Of a DNA stretch of 64,000 nt, positions 12,276-27,097 are shown one piece after another. Each line of letters opens with the position of its first letter. Within the stretch, counting starts at the first letter, position 1. A program made the position numbers and the translations under genes. Source of the stretch: Octopus vulgaris (taxonomy: Eukaryota); assembly GCA_951406725.2 (NCBI GenBank), contig OX597829.1:10974001-11038000 (forward strand), read 5' to 3'. The notes beneath the pieces were generated by a model. That model did no database searches and was not told the origin of the DNA. It worked only from the letters and a program-made list of their open reading frames with translations.

Positions 12276-15200
12276 CAGTAGTTTTATTTTTATAGCGTGC
12301 TTTCACTTCACTACCGAGCGCAGCTCTGTGTGCTTGGGTATGTGCTGTGATTTGTTGTGATGCTCTGATGGCTATTGTATGGAAAGTGTTCTGCGTAGGA
12401 TGTGTGCAGAGTCTAGTAGTGCAATTTTCTGTATGTTGTATGTGTTTGTAAGTCCTGGTGTTTTTGTTATGTATTTGTCTGAATATTTTTTTATCATACC
12501 TAATGCAGCTACTATGATAGGAATTGTTTCTGTTTTTAGATTCCGCATTCTGGTTACCTCTATTTCCAAGTCTTTGTATTTTGAGAGTTTCTCCATTTCT
12601 TTTAGAGACACGTTGTCATCTGCCGGTATTGATACATCAATTAGAAAGCATTTTTTTCTTCATGATCTCTGACAACTATATCTGGTCTGTTGGCCTTAAT
12701 TTCTCTATCTGTGTGTATCGGCATATCCCAGAGTATGGTTGCTTTCTTGTTTTCTGTGACCTTTTCTGGTGTGTGCCTATACCATCTTTTTTCTGTTGTT
12801 ATTCCATAATGTTGGCATAGCTTCCAATGTATGTAGGTTCCAGCTCTGTCATGTCTGTGAATATATTCCTTCTTAACCAGGACTGGGCAGCTAGAGATAA
12901 TATGATTTATTGTTTCTTGTCCATCTCCACATATTCTGCAGTTACTTGTTATATTTCTTTTCATTACATGTTTTTGGTAATTTCTTGTGGGGAGGCTTTG
13001 GTCTTGTGCTGCAATTAAAAATCCCTCTGTTTCTGCTTTGAGTCCCGAGCTTCTCAACCATTGTTGGGATTTTTCTTTGTCTATTTCTTTTGCATTTCGT
13101 TTAATGCAGTATTTGCCATGAAGGGGCTTTTCTTGACATCGTTTTATCATGATTCGTTGCTGTTCTATTTTTAGTTTGGATTTCATTTGTTTTATAGCTT
13201 TTGTTGTTTCTTCATCTTCTTCTTCATATTTATTAGGTGGTATGATTTCTTGTTTGTATTTGTCAGCTTCCTTAAATACTGAGAACAGTTTTTTGTTTTG
13301 ATCATGTTTTGCCGCTATTTGTATCAGTTTTCCTTCCTTCTGAAGTAGATATTTTTGCAGTCCTATGGTGGTTATTTTATAGTAGATTTCCAGCTGTATA
13401 AGGCCTCTACCACCTTCTATACGTTGTATATATAGTCTTTCTATGTCAGATTTTGGGTGATGCATCCTAGATCCTATCATTATTTTTCTTGTTTTCCTAT
13501 TTTGGTCAGTTCATTTAGTGTCCAGTTAAGGATATTGTAGCTGTAACTTATAACTGGGACAGCTAAAGTGTTAATACCTATTATCTTGTTTTTAGCATTG
13601 AGCTCTGTTTTTAGTATTGATCTAACTCGTCTATAATATTCTTTTTTTATTTTCTCTTTCATTTGTCTAGTTCATGTCTAGTTCTTTCATTTATCTAGTT
13701 CATGGACTCCTAAGTATTTGTAAGTTTGGCTTTGGTCTAATTCTTTTATTTCATTGGTTTTATCTAGTGTGATGTTGCTACTCTTAACTAGTTTTCCTCT
13801 TTTCAGGGTTACTTTGGCGCATTTTTCTAATCCAAATTTCATATCTATTTCTTTGGTAAATCCATGAACTGTCTTTAATAGTGTGTCCAGCTGTTTGTCA
13901 TTGGCAGCGTATAGTTTTAGGTCATCCATATATAAAAGGTGGCTGATCGTTTTGCCGTAACATTTATATCCGCATCCAGTTCTATTTAGCATATCAGATA
14001 GAGGTGACAGTGCCAAGAAGAAAAGGAGTGGAGAGAGCGTATCTCCCTGGAATATTCCTCTTCTAATGGGGATGTCTTTGGTTTTCATGAGTCCCTCTTT
14101 TGTTTGGAGCTGTAGCACTGTTTGCCATTTATTCATAGAGTGCCCTATGAATTTTATACGTGTTGGTGCTACTTTGTTAATGGCTAGTGTTTCGAGGATC
14201 CATGTGTTGGAGATGCTATCAAACGCCTTTTTGTAGTCGATCCAGTCCATACTGAGTCCTTTCTTCTTTCTGTGGCTGTCTTCAGTTACGGCTTTATTAA
14301 TCATTAGTTGATCTTTACAGCCATATGAGCCTTTGCGGCATCCTTTATGCTCTTCTGGAAACAGGTTGTTTTCGTCCAGGTGCTTGTTCAACCTTTGTGA
14401 TATCACTGCAGTAAATGCCTTGTACATTGTAGGGAGACAGGTTATTGGTCCGTAGTTTTCTGGTTTTGCTGTCTCATTTGATTTGGGAATTAAGATGGTT
14501 TTCCCCCTCGTGAGACATTCAGGCATTGTCTCTGGCTCTGCTAGTATGTTGTTAAAGTTTTCAGCCAGCTTTTTGTGCATTCCTATTAGATATTTCAACC
14601 AGAAGTTGGGGATCTTGTCATGCCCAGGTGCCTTTCAGTTGCTTAGTCTTTGCAGTGCCTGGGTGACCTCTTCAGTTGTTATGGGTGTCCAAAGTTGCTC
14701 AGATGCTGAGTTTGTTATTTTAATACTCCTTTTTTTTTGGGCTGTTCGTTCGCCGACAATATTTCTCTCCAGAATTCTTCCACTTCTTCTGCCGTTGGTG
14801 CTGCAGTGATTTCTATTTTATTTTTGCCAAGTTTTTGGTAGAACTTTTTGGGGTTGGAGTTGAACTTTTTGTTTTGTTCAAAGAAGCGCTGGCGTTTCTC
14901 GTACCGGCGGATCCTTTGTGCTTTGGTAAGGATATCTTGCTTCAGCTTTTCTTTTATCTCAAGTAACTCTTTTTCTGTGATGGTATATTTGCGGAGTTTT
15001 TTTGTTTTCTTTTTGTTGCACAGTAGCGTTGATTGTCTACTGATTTCATTAAGGATCGACAGATCTTTTCTCATTTTTTGTACTTTGTTTTGGATGTTAT
15101 TTATCCACAGGGTCTGTTTGGGTGGTGGTACTCCTGTTTGGATGGGTTTGATTGAGTATCCAGCTTCTTTTGTGGCTGCAGTGGCTGCTGCGTATACTAA

Positions 15201-16394
15201 GTCATTTAGCTCAGTGATATCGCTTTTTGTTTCAGTGGCTATTAATTCCGTGACGGCTAGGTTTATGCTGTTTATGATTGGTGTTGTTGTTTCGTCTATT
15301 TTGATTTTTGGGAGGTATGGTCGGTGGTCTATTTTGAGCTCTGTGGTATTCAGTTCTTTGATTATTTTACTTTTTATATTATCATAATCATTAGGCTCCC
15401 CTTCTTTCTTTCCAGGTTTTAGCTTTGTGTCGCTTTCTTTCTTATTTATATGTTTGTTTGCCGTGTTTTGGCTTGCTGTTTGTCGTGTATTATTATGCAT
15501 CCTTACGGTCTGGGTTTGTTGTTTTTTGTTTATATCGTGTTTGTTGGGAATGTTACGTTTGTCTTCGTGTTTTACTGTTTCAGTGTTTATATTATTGGGC
15601 ATTGTTGTGTGGCTTCTATCTACATTTTCCTCCTGTATTTTTTCTTTTAGATGTTCTGTTTCTATTTCTGATATTTTTTTTGCGTTGAGAATGTATCTTC
15701 GTACGTTAGCTAATTTATTAGGGTTCATTGCTGTATCGAAGTCTATATTTATGTTATTTTCCTTCCATATTTAATATGTATGTGTTGTTGTGTTTTCATT
15801 TTTTGGGTAGAGCACTGCTGTGAAGTATGCGTGTAGGATAGAAATGTATCCCTCACGTGTCCATTTATGTCTTTTGGGTTTTATTTGCGGGACATGAGGA
15901 TCAACGTCTGGCCCATTATTTTGACGGTCGTCATTTTCGTAGGGTACCGGTCCGTTCATTTCAGTTGTCACATTTTTTTGCAAGTGTAGTTTTTCGTACA
16001 TTTTGTGTTGTAAGTTTAAAGTACGTACCTCCCGATTGTTATTCTTAGGTTGAATAATATCGGTGGTATTTAATTTCTTCGTAGTTCCTTTGTACATGGT
16101 GTTTGGGGTCAGGGATGATCTGTTGTTGATGGATCGTAATGTATCACGCATGTTTACAAGTGTTGTGTTAGAGGTGGAGATGATATCGAGTGAAAATACA
16201 TCATTTCGTTTCGAAAATAGTAGTAAATTTCAATTAGTATTACTTACTCGGATACAGTCCAATCCTTTGTTAGAAAATATTTGGCTTCATACCATGTCCT
16301 TGTCTTCGATGTTTGTGGATAGATTTCGGAGCTCTGTTTTATCCTTCTTACATCATAAACGTCCCCTGGTGTTCTTTTCTTCTTCTTCTTCTTC

Positions 16395-16396
<2 letters not shown>
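12276..16396 (-). mobile_element. Near full-length R4/Dong-type non-LTR retrotransposon, family A (Myb-like N-terminus, RT, CCHC, RLE), decayed
   Basis: KRHKWTRE..LANVRR N-terminus; YGPITCLPT, DYKKAFD, GIFQGDTLSP, LYMDDLKL; CRICGDGQETINHIISSC, HRHD, RPDIV..ID..KLSKYKDL; (TAA)n flanks. Confidence 0.93.
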
Positions 16397-16468
<72 letters not shown>

Positions 16469-16519
16469 ATTATTATTATTATCTTTATTATTATTATTAT
16501 AATTATTATTATTGTTATC

Positions 16520-16581
<62 letters not shown>

Positions 16582-16585
16582 CATT

Positions 16586-16797
16586 CAGTAGTTTTATTTT
16601 TACAGCGTGCTTTCACTTCACTACCGAGCGCAGCCCTGTGTGCATTGGGCATGTGCTATGATTTGTTGTGATGCTCTGATGGTTACTGTATTGAAAGTGT
16701 TCTGCGTAGGATGTGTGCAGTGCCTAGTAGTGCAATTTTCTGTATGTTATATGTGTTTATAAGTCCTGGTGTTTTTGTTATGCATTTGTCTGAATAA

Positions 16798-16798
<1 letters not shown>
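16586..16798 (-). mobile_element. Dong family A 3' fragment
   Basis: Homologous to 12276-12490. Confidence 0.9.
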
Positions 16799-16884
<86 letters not shown>

Positions 16885-16931
16885 CATTATTATTATTATT
16901 ATTATCTTTATTATTATTATTATTGTTATCT

Positions 16932-16962
<31 letters not shown>

Positions 16963-16965
16963 CAT

Positions 16966-17469
16966 TCAGCAGTTTTATTTTTACAGCGTGCTTTCACTTC
17001 ACTACCGAGCGCAGCTCTGTGTGCCTTGGGTATGTGCTATGATTTGTTGTGATGCTCTGATGGTTACTGTATTGAAAGTGTTCTGCGTAGGATGTGTGCA
17101 GTGCCTAGTAGTGCTATTTTCTGTATGTTATATGTGTTTGTAAGTTCTGGTGTTTTTGTTATGCATTTGTCTGAATAATTTTTTATCATGCGTATTGCAC
17201 CTACTATAATAGGATTTGTTTCTGTTTTTAGATTCCACATTCTAGTTACCTCTATTTCCAGGTCTTTGTATTTTGAAAGTTTCTCCATTTCTTTTAGAGA
17301 CACGTTGTCATCTGCTGGTATTGATACATCAATTATAAAGAATTTTTTTCTTCACGATCCCTGACAACTATATCTGGTCTGTTAGCCTTAATTTCTCTAT
17401 CTGTGTGTATTGGCATATCCCATAGTATGGTTGCTTTTCGTTTTCTGTGACCTTTTCTGGTGTGTGCCT
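16966..17469 (-). mobile_element. Dong family A 3' fragment (RLE + 3' UTR)
   Basis: KLSKYKDLEIEVTRMW...AHILRRTLSIQ; homologous to 12276-12780. Confidence 0.9.
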
Positions 17470-17472
17470 ATT

Positions 17473-17507
<35 letters not shown>

Positions 17508-17511
17508 TATT

Positions 17512-18055
17512 GTGTGAGAGAGCAGTGCATGCCATCAAAGTGACACTGGGGTAAAATATACGAAGCCCAATATACCCATCATGACTACCCGTCTATTAAG
17601 GGTGCACCAGGCACATGCATCACAACCATATGTGCGCGACATGGTGATCTCATATCAAGATAAACAGCACATGACCTTGCAGGTGGGGCCCAGTTAGAAA
17701 TTTCTTCAGGTTGAGTAGCCCATCCCTGAATAAGGGTTGTTTAAGGATGTTGAAAGAATCACCCATGTTTCCACAGGTGAATTATTCAAACCCCAAATAA
17801 TCCCTCTCAACACATGGCTATGATGCTCCCCCACTACTTCTGCTCGTGATCAGAGATGCACATATCGTCAGCCACTAAGGGACATGCTCAACTGGTTAAA
17901 GTCAAACAACTGACAAGCAAATCTGTGGTATTGAGCAGAATATTTGCTGTAGCCCATCTTTTATACCAAGACAAAACAATGTACATGATAACACTTCCAA
18001 TCAGTTAAGATCAGAAGCCATGAGAGCCACTGCCTGGTACTGCATCAGGGCATTT
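17512..18055 (-). mobile_element. ~555-bp non-coding (TAA)n-inserted element, full length
   Basis: Same two termini as 32965-33519. Confidence 0.88.
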
Positions 18056-18958
<903 letters not shown>

Positions 18959-18959
18959 T

Positions 18960-21765
18960 CCTTCTTTCTTCAAATTTTCTTCCGTTTCTCACTGAGTGTT
19001 TTCCGTACACCTAGGGCAGAGAAGCTCATTGTATGCATTCCCAGATTACACACGCAAATTCACATATAAAATATGTTTTTAAAAATGTAATGAATAAATA
19101 AATTCATGAATTGATGTTGTTTTTACAGCGATAATGCACTTCTCAGTACATGAGCCGTTCCAGCTAACACGATTTTTTGCACTTTCTGTAGGGAAGGTAA
19201 AGACGATCCATGTCTGCCTTTGGATGGTGCATCTTATTACAAGTCAGTAGCTTGCTGATTTTTCTGTCAATTTTCATTATTTCGCTGGTATTTCAGATAA
19301 GCATAAAGAACAACTGGGACTGCTAAGGAATTTATTGCTAACACCTTATTATATGCATTCAGTTCAGACTTGAGGACTGCTCGAACTCTTCTATAACATT
19401 CCTTACTAACCTTCGCTTTCATGCTTACATGCTGGATACCAGAGCCTTCATTTATTCCTAGGTATTTATAGGTTTGTTCCTGCTCAAGTTCCTTTATTAC
19501 TGTTTCGACAACTAATTCGATTGAGCTTGACTTTACCAATTTCCCTTTCTTAAAAGTGGCTTTGGCACACTTTTCAAGGCCAAACTCCATCCCGATATCA
19601 TCACTGAATCCTTTCACAGTATGTAAGAGTCCTTCAAGCTCTTCGTCATCCTTGCACTATAGTTTTAAATCATCCATATAAAATAGATGGCTTATTTTCC
19701 TGTTGTCAATTTTGTAGCCATACCCTGTTCTATTCAGTTCACTTGAGAGTGGTATTAGTGCTATGCAGAAAATTAGTGGTGAAAGTGAGTCACCTTGGAA
19801 AATGCCATAGTTTATGCCAATATTGTTTGAGCGCAATACTCCATTAGAATGATATAATTGGAGCTTCGTGTTCCATAGTGACATATACTTTAAAAAATCT
19901 GAAATCAAAGGAGAAATTTTGAAAATGTCCAGCGATTTCAGAATCCACGAATGTGGTATGCTGTCAAAGGCTTTTTGTAATCAATCCATGAAGAGCTGAG
20001 ATTTCTGCCCTTGTTATGGCAGTTCTCAAGGATCATGCGATTAATTAGGAGCTGATCTTTGCATCCGTATGAGCCTCGTCTGCATCCCTTTTGTTTAGTT
20101 GGAAAGAGATTATTCTCTTCCATAAACGTATATGTTTTCTCCACTACAATAGATGTCAAAATCATTTAGGTAGTAGACAAACATGTTATAGATCGGTAGT
20201 TTTTTGGGTCTTTCGTTTCGTTATTTTTGGGGAGGAGGTAAGTAATACCATTTGCTATCCTATTTTTTCCGGGTCTTTCATGATACAATTAAATAGTATT
20301 ACTAACATCTTGTGTGCGGACGAGAGTGATGAGAGCCAGAAATTTGGTACTCTATCAATACTAGAGGATTTCCACTTATAAGCCTTTGTTAGTGCCCTCC
20401 TTAGGTCGGTGATTGAGATGTCTTCCTATACTTGTTTTTGTAGATTTTTGTAGGCATCCTGGGTGCGTTTGATCCAGTCTGCATTTTCATTGTATTGTTT
20501 CTCATCACTCCAGATCTTTTTACAAAAGTTTTCAACTTCTTCCATTAGGGGTGGATTTTCAATGGTTATTTTTTTCTTTCCCTATTTCCCTGTAAAATGA
20601 TTTGGCATTGGATTTGAACATCTTATTTTGTTTGTAGAATTTGATTCTTTTCTCAAATCTGCGTATTCTCTGAGCTTTTGCCTGAACTTTTTAAGTGTTT
20701 CTTTCGCTGACATTAGTTCTTCTCTTGTTGCGAATCCATATTTTCTCACAATCTTCCTACCTTTTCTTGATCTTACATCATTTCCAGAGATTAGCTCAGT
20801 TAATATTGATATCTCCCGTCGCAGTGATTCATTTTCAGTTTCAATTCTACTCCTCCAGTCTGATTTTCTTTTCGAATTTGGTATTGCTGGCTTTTTGGGC
20901 GTTAAACAGCGTCTTTCGAATACCTTAGCAACAGAACAAATAATTTCATTTATCTTATTAAGATCGTGTTTTAGTTGTTGTATGATTTCTTGTGTAACGC
21001 AGTTGCCAATTCTTATTTGTGTTTTATGTTGGTGTGCATTTGAGAGTTTATGGAGTGGTTCCCTATCATTCATATTTGTATGCCCTACAACTGCAAGCTC
21101 ATTCAGAACTTCTGTGTTGTTCAGCCAATATGTGCTCTTCAAATTCTGTTTCGACATCATTTTCCTGCCTGTTTTTTCTAGGGTCATTATATTTTCCTTT
21201 TTCTTCAGGCTCTTGAGTGACTTCGGCTGATGGTCGCCCTTTCAGTCCATGCTTGTGGTCCAAAATCCCTCCCCTCTGCTTCGTTATTTCTTTCCTGACT
21301 TACATTTAGGTCATTCTCTACTACTTTTTTAATAGTGGTTAATTCTGCATCTGTGAGTCTGGTATTTCTGAAGATATCTCTTCTAACATTTTCTAATCTG
21401 TTTTCATCCAGGTTTGGTCTGCTAGCTGTATACCGGCTCCTCCAAATTCTGTAGGAGTTTGCGGTGTGTCTCTCTTGGGTTGGCCTACTTAATGCAAAGT
21501 AATAAGCATATATTACTTCTTTATATTCTTCCCGGTTCCATTTAGTTCTTTTACTCTTTTGATTTTCTGGTCGTTGTGGTGGTGAACTTTAGGGGCTTAA
21601 TTTGGGACAAATCCCGTTTAAGTGACCTTCCAGGTTCGTATTCGGGGAATATATTCTGCCATTTGAAAATCTTTTGCCATCAGGCTGGCAGCCTTCTGAC
21701 AGGCGCGCTTCCTGAATAACCATTGGACAAGCGATTCGGTGTACTGTTTCAAATTTTCTTTTCAA
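18960..21765 (-). mobile_element. R4/Dong-type retrotransposon family B with an internal deletion
   Basis: KRTKWNREEYKE..LENVRRDI N-terminus; QKGCRRGSYGCKDQL, GIFQGDSLSP, FYMDDLKL; RT region joined directly to LPSLQKVQKIVLAGTAHVLRSAL. Confidence 0.88.
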
Positions 21766-22110
21766 GTAAAGTTAAATTATTATTAAATTTTCATTTGAAA
21801 AAAAAATATTTATTTATTTTTAATCACTAATCTTCATAAAGGGGCCGCATTTATCATCATTAGCAGCAGCAGCAGCAGTAGTAGTAGTAATAGTAGCAAT
21901 ATCATTATCAGCAGTAGCAGCGGTAGTGGTAATATCAGTAGTAATGGCAGTAGCAACAGCAGCAGTAGCCGTAGTAGCAGCAATAGTAGTAGTAGCAACA
22001 GCAGCAGTAGCACCAATAGTAGTAGTAGTAGTAATAGTAGCAGCAGTAACTGTGGTAGCAACAGCAGCAGTAGTAGCAGTAGCAGTAGCAGCAGTAGTAG
22101 TAGTAGTAGT

Positions 22111-22143
<33 letters not shown>

Positions 22144-22180
22144 GTGTATATATATATATATGTATAGTATCTTTTATAAT

Positions 22181-22325
22181 CTTTTACTTATTTCAGTCAT
22201 GAGACTGCAGCCATGCTGGGGCAATCCTTAAAGAATTTTTAGTCGAAAGAATCAACACCTGTACTTATTTTTTTTTTCGGCCTGCTATTTATTCTATCGT
22301 TTTTTGTTTTTTTTTGCCGAACCGT
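22181..22325 (-). mobile_element. OK-like SINE 3' fragment
   Basis: TTTCAGTCAT..GACTGCAGCCATGCTGG ... TTGCCGAACCG. Confidence 0.7.
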
Positions 22326-22682
22326 TATCGCCAGCCTATACAGAAATAGCAAACTCAGGAACTCAAATGATTGTGGCAGATGCACAGGTGACGTGACATG
22401 CTTAGGAAACAAATCAGAACTTTCAACGTTTTCGGCCAGTATTTTTTTCCTTGTTTTGTTTTTGTTTTCGTTTTTTGTTATTTTACTCAGCGTCTATTAT
22501 CTGCACAATCTTCGCCTGAAAACTGACAATGAGCAAATGGTCAACATTATTGCATATATATTTACCACATCCTTTGTACTATGCCAACCCAAATATTTTG
22601 CTAATTGCATAATAAATCATTTCGACGTGTTTTTTGCGCCTTTTGTTGTTGTTGTTGCGGATTTCTTTTTTTTTTTACTCTC

Positions 22683-22850
22683 TTTTACTTATTTCAGCCA
22701 TTTAACTGTGGCCATGCTAGAGCACTGCTTTTAGTCTAGCAAATCGACCCCAGGACTTATTCTTTGTAAGCTAAGTTACGGGGATGTAAACACACCAGCA
22801 TCGGTTGTCAAGCAATGTTGGGGGGGGGGGGAATACAAACACACAAACAT
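22683..22850 (-). mobile_element. OK-like SINE 3' half
   Basis: Homologous to 1843-2030. Confidence 0.8.
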
Positions 22851-22938
22851 ATACACACACATACATACATACATACATATATATATATAAATATAAATAT
22901 ATATATATATTGTGGTGGTGGTGGTACTAGTAGTAGTT

Positions 22939-22973
<35 letters not shown>

Positions 22974-23889
22974 TCTACATAAAACACTCCAACTCCTGTA
23001 AAGATCGATATTACGTCTTTACAGGGCAGAAGCAACAACAGCAACAACAACAACAACATCAAAAACAAAACCAATATTAATATTTCAGAAAAATAATACT
23101 AATAGCCCACCGTATATATTTGTAATATTAAGAGACTGGATTTAACAGATATTGGGGTATGGGCGCAGGAACGTTTTTGCCGATGATTATGGTTAGGAAG
23201 CCACAAAATTGGTATTTGGGAAATAATTCAAAGAATGTTATTTGCCGACGAATGTCATTGAATCGTAAAAAGATCAAATTTGATATTCGATTGGGAACCT
23301 CATATGTCACTCTACTTGCTAGAAACGGCAGTTAAATTACTCACAATTCTCATGTTGCCGTTTCCCTCGAAATGTAAATATTACAATGTATCTGAAGATA
23401 ACTTTAAAGCAAAACAAAAAAAAAGGCTGGACTCTCACGACTGGAATATCGTTCATCGTAAATCTGCTCATAGTTGGCCTTTGCTAAACAACAATAACAG
23501 CAACAGAAACTCTAATAACAACAACAACAACAACAACAACAACAACTGTTCGATTGTCTGTTATAAAATTATTTCAATAAGGTTCATTCCGCTTCAGAAA
23601 TAATCAATACTAATTAGAAATTATCAATAATGATCAATAGACTAAAACAAACAAAAAATAGAACCGTAGATGAGATCTAAATCTAAAAAAAATATATAAT
23701 AATTCTTTGTATTTCCTTTTATCCCGAATTTGTTGTTTCTTGACAGGAATTTGACACATTTCCATGATTTTTTCTAAATTTGATTTTATAAATTCCTTAG
23801 AGGATGAGGATGCTATCCACGGCTTCTATGTGAAACTGTTTAGTCCAAAATCAGTTGCGATCGAGCAAAGCTATTTTACCTGGGACTAT

Positions 23890-24398
23890 CTTTTACTTGT
23901 TTTAGTCATTAAGCTGTAGTCATGCTGGGGCACCGCCTTGAAAAAAGTTTTAGTCGAATGAATTGGCCCTCACCCACTTAATTTTTTTCAAAGCCTTGTA
24001 CTTATTCTGTCCGATCTTTTGCCGAACCAATAATTTACGGGGATGTAAACACGCCAGCACCGGTTGTCAAGCGGTGGTAGGAGACAAGCATGAGGACACG
24101 CATGGATATAACATACATACATATATACATGCATATACACATACATACATACATACATACATACATACATACATACATACATACATACATACATACATAC
24201 ATACATACATACATACATACGTGTGTGTGTGTGAATTTACGACGGTCTTCTTTCAGTTTCTGTCTATGAAACCCACTCACAATGCTTTGATCGGCCCGAG
24301 GCAATGGTAGATGCCACTTGCCCAAGCTGCCATGCAGTGGGACTGAACCCGGAACAGTGTGATTGGAAAGCAAGCTTCTTAAAACGACTGTACCATAC
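23890..24398 (-). mobile_element. OK-like SINE with internal (TACA)n
   Basis: Both halves are homologous to 1843-2245. Confidence 0.82.
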
Positions 24399-26399
24399 TT
24401 TTTTTCCAGGTATATTATATCTAGGTACCATACCAGAGCGGTGGATTGACAAAAATATTTAGAGCGATGGACGTCGATCTTACGGGAACTGAACTATTAT
24501 TTGCTGTGTTTAAATCCCATGAAAATACTGATTGCCAGAGCTAATCCTCTAACTAAGGAAATCCTCTCCGTCACTCTTCACTTGGCAAGTGTGAGCAGGT
24601 AGGCTTACATCTAGCAAAGATAAACCGGAAACGGCATGCTGGCACCTTAACAACAGCTTAACAATAGAATGGAGAGTCTGTCTAGGATTACATTATTCAA
24701 CGTAGCCTTTCTTGGTTGGAACAGGTAAATGTGCTGCTACGTCCAGCAGGTTAAGTGACAACGCAGAAGTTTACTCGCTGGGTCGAGGCTGATCAGACAG
24801 AAGCGGGTAATGCCCAGGCATGAATGTCTGCAGAAAAATAAATGGGTGGGGTGAGACCCATAGTGCTAATCTTAATGCTTGCACCAGATTAATATCTGCT
24901 AAAGACACCCACGGGCCAAGCGTTGGTAACAGTCTGGGCGGTATGTTAGACTTACCACCCAAGTTAGATCTATCGTCCAACTGAACATTTCTTCAACATT
25001 AGGCTAATCTAACGACGCCTGCTTTGGTTTGCCTTGCGTAATTCTAGAAGCTATTATGTATAGTGTATTTTCTAAGTGGTTTGTCACTTCTCATAAATTA
25101 AATTCCTTAAATAATTGAAACATATTTGTATTGAAATATCAACTTAAAAGAGACAAAAATGTCAAATGAGCTATTGAATATAATACGAAATATATTTGTC
25201 TAGGGATTAAAAGGGACCAATATGGTTTACAACATGCTTCAATTCCATTAACATCTAGTGAACTTTTTCCGACCACATTGGCAACAGCCTTCATTTCGGT
25301 AAATACTGAAAACGAATCTTACCTCATGATATAAATGACACATTCTTAATGCTGGGAATTTTCCTACCAAAATTATTTTGCTATTATTCATTGATGATGA
25401 TAGACACCATATTCATCTTTCGGTTCCTATTTATTGATCTGAGAAAACACTCAGGAAGGCGAAGAGTTTTCAAGCAAAGATAATTTTGTTTCAAAAAGTT
25501 TTGTCAGCCATTATGGAACTGAATTTTCTTGGGAAACTTCTCACACTTGGGCGAGTCAAACTGATGCTGATTCTGTTTCGGTTCTGTGTCCGTTTGATGA
25601 GTGACTGCGTCATTGTATAACTAGTAAAAGTTTTGTTAACTTTTAGTGGAGAATACTCTTCGGACCAAGAAGTGGCACTCGACCTGTTAGAAATATCAAC
25701 AAAATCCTATCTAAAGTGCCTCCCTCTTTGTCTTAAACAAGAGATACTATATGCGATAATATAATTTTAGTTATCTTGTCTACTAGACGGAATGGTCATG
25801 GCTAGAATACATTGACCGTAAGTTTGCTCAATAAGTGTTGAACTGACCAGTTGTAATAGTTTCGGACAAAGTTTGATCTCCACCAAATTTAATGTTCATA
25901 AAATTTTGCTACATGGTACCGAAGTTTATTCTGATAGTGTTCGGCATCCATCTGTTTAAGCTGCTTATAACTGTCCTCTTGAAATAGAAAACAAAATCTA
26001 AATCTTAGCTGGGTGGTTAAGAATTTCTTTTGTAACTACGTGGTTCCAAGTTAGATTTTATTTTGGAAAATGTCTTCTGATATAGTCTCTGCTCAACCAA
26101 AGCCATGAGAGTAATTTGATTGATAGAAATCTGTAAAAGACTGTCGAAAGGACTGGCACGAGATAGGAAAGAAGTCTTAAACATGGAATCAAGTCATTTC
26201 TGCTTTCATATTTACTTTTTAAAAATCCCGCATTCTGCAATCGGTAATTAATCCGTTAAAAATTAACGTTAATCATCTTTTATCTTTTTCTTGTTTTATT
26301 CATTTACTTGACTACGTCATGCTGGAGCACCGTCATGGAGGTTTTATTAGTTTCAGCTCAAGGGCAGTAGCTATGCTGGAGCATCGCCAACCAGTATTG

Positions 26400-27090
26400 C
26401 TACATCCTCGTTAACCCTCTCTTGATAGCTGTCATTTGGTGAATGAGCACGTTTGACACTGTTACCGTCATTCCCTATTCCTGCCGTGAAGTTGGCTCAT
26501 CTGGGACTCTTGGCAATAGGAGATCCAATTTAGCTTTGAAAGCATTCACACACACACCTTTTAGCTCTTTAAGACCCAGTGGGAGGATATCGAAGAGCTC
26601 TGGTCACTTTAAACCCAAGCTATTACAGTATCTGGTACTGAATTTTGGTGACAGAGAAGGGATTTTAGATACCCTGCAATGGCTCCCAAGCGTTTGTGTA
26701 ACTTTCAGAAAGTCTTTCCAGGAGCTTTCAGATGTATATTGCAGCATATCTTTCCTACCTTCGTTCCGGGGAATAAGGTCTTAACCTCTTAGCTCTTGAG
26801 TCTTTTCCAGCATTGCAGCATTGAAGCTCTTTTTCGTGTAGCTTCATTGGACTGCTTCAAATGTCGCTTTAATTTCACACTGCATGGTGACCATAGTTGA
26901 GAGCAATATTCATGGCTTCCTGCTTAATTATTCTGACTGTTCTAAGAAGCCATCCTGTCAGCTGTCTGTATTTCATTGCCAACTTAATAATATACAAACG
27001 AAAGATGCATTACCATTCATGTCAATGCCCAGGTCACTAACTGATTGATTCTTGAACTGTTATCCTCTAGGTCCAGTGTATTTTGTCTGC
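26400..27090 (-). mobile_element. Degenerate CR1-group LINE ORF2 3' fragment
   Basis: DLGIDM..TGWLLRT..EYCSQLWSP..FEAVQ..ERYAAIYI..NAFKAKLDLL across frameshifts. Confidence 0.7.
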
Positions 27091-27097
27091 ATTGTAT

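Noticed and set aside
14848-15774. Plus-strand hydrophobic ORFs that look like membrane proteins (also 20628-21230)
   Set aside because: They are antisense shadows of the A-rich Dong coding strand.
24545-24985. GC-richer island that may be a LINE 5' region (RTE-like) or another repeat
   Set aside because: No second copy in the window and no recognisable protein motif, so I cannot support a call.
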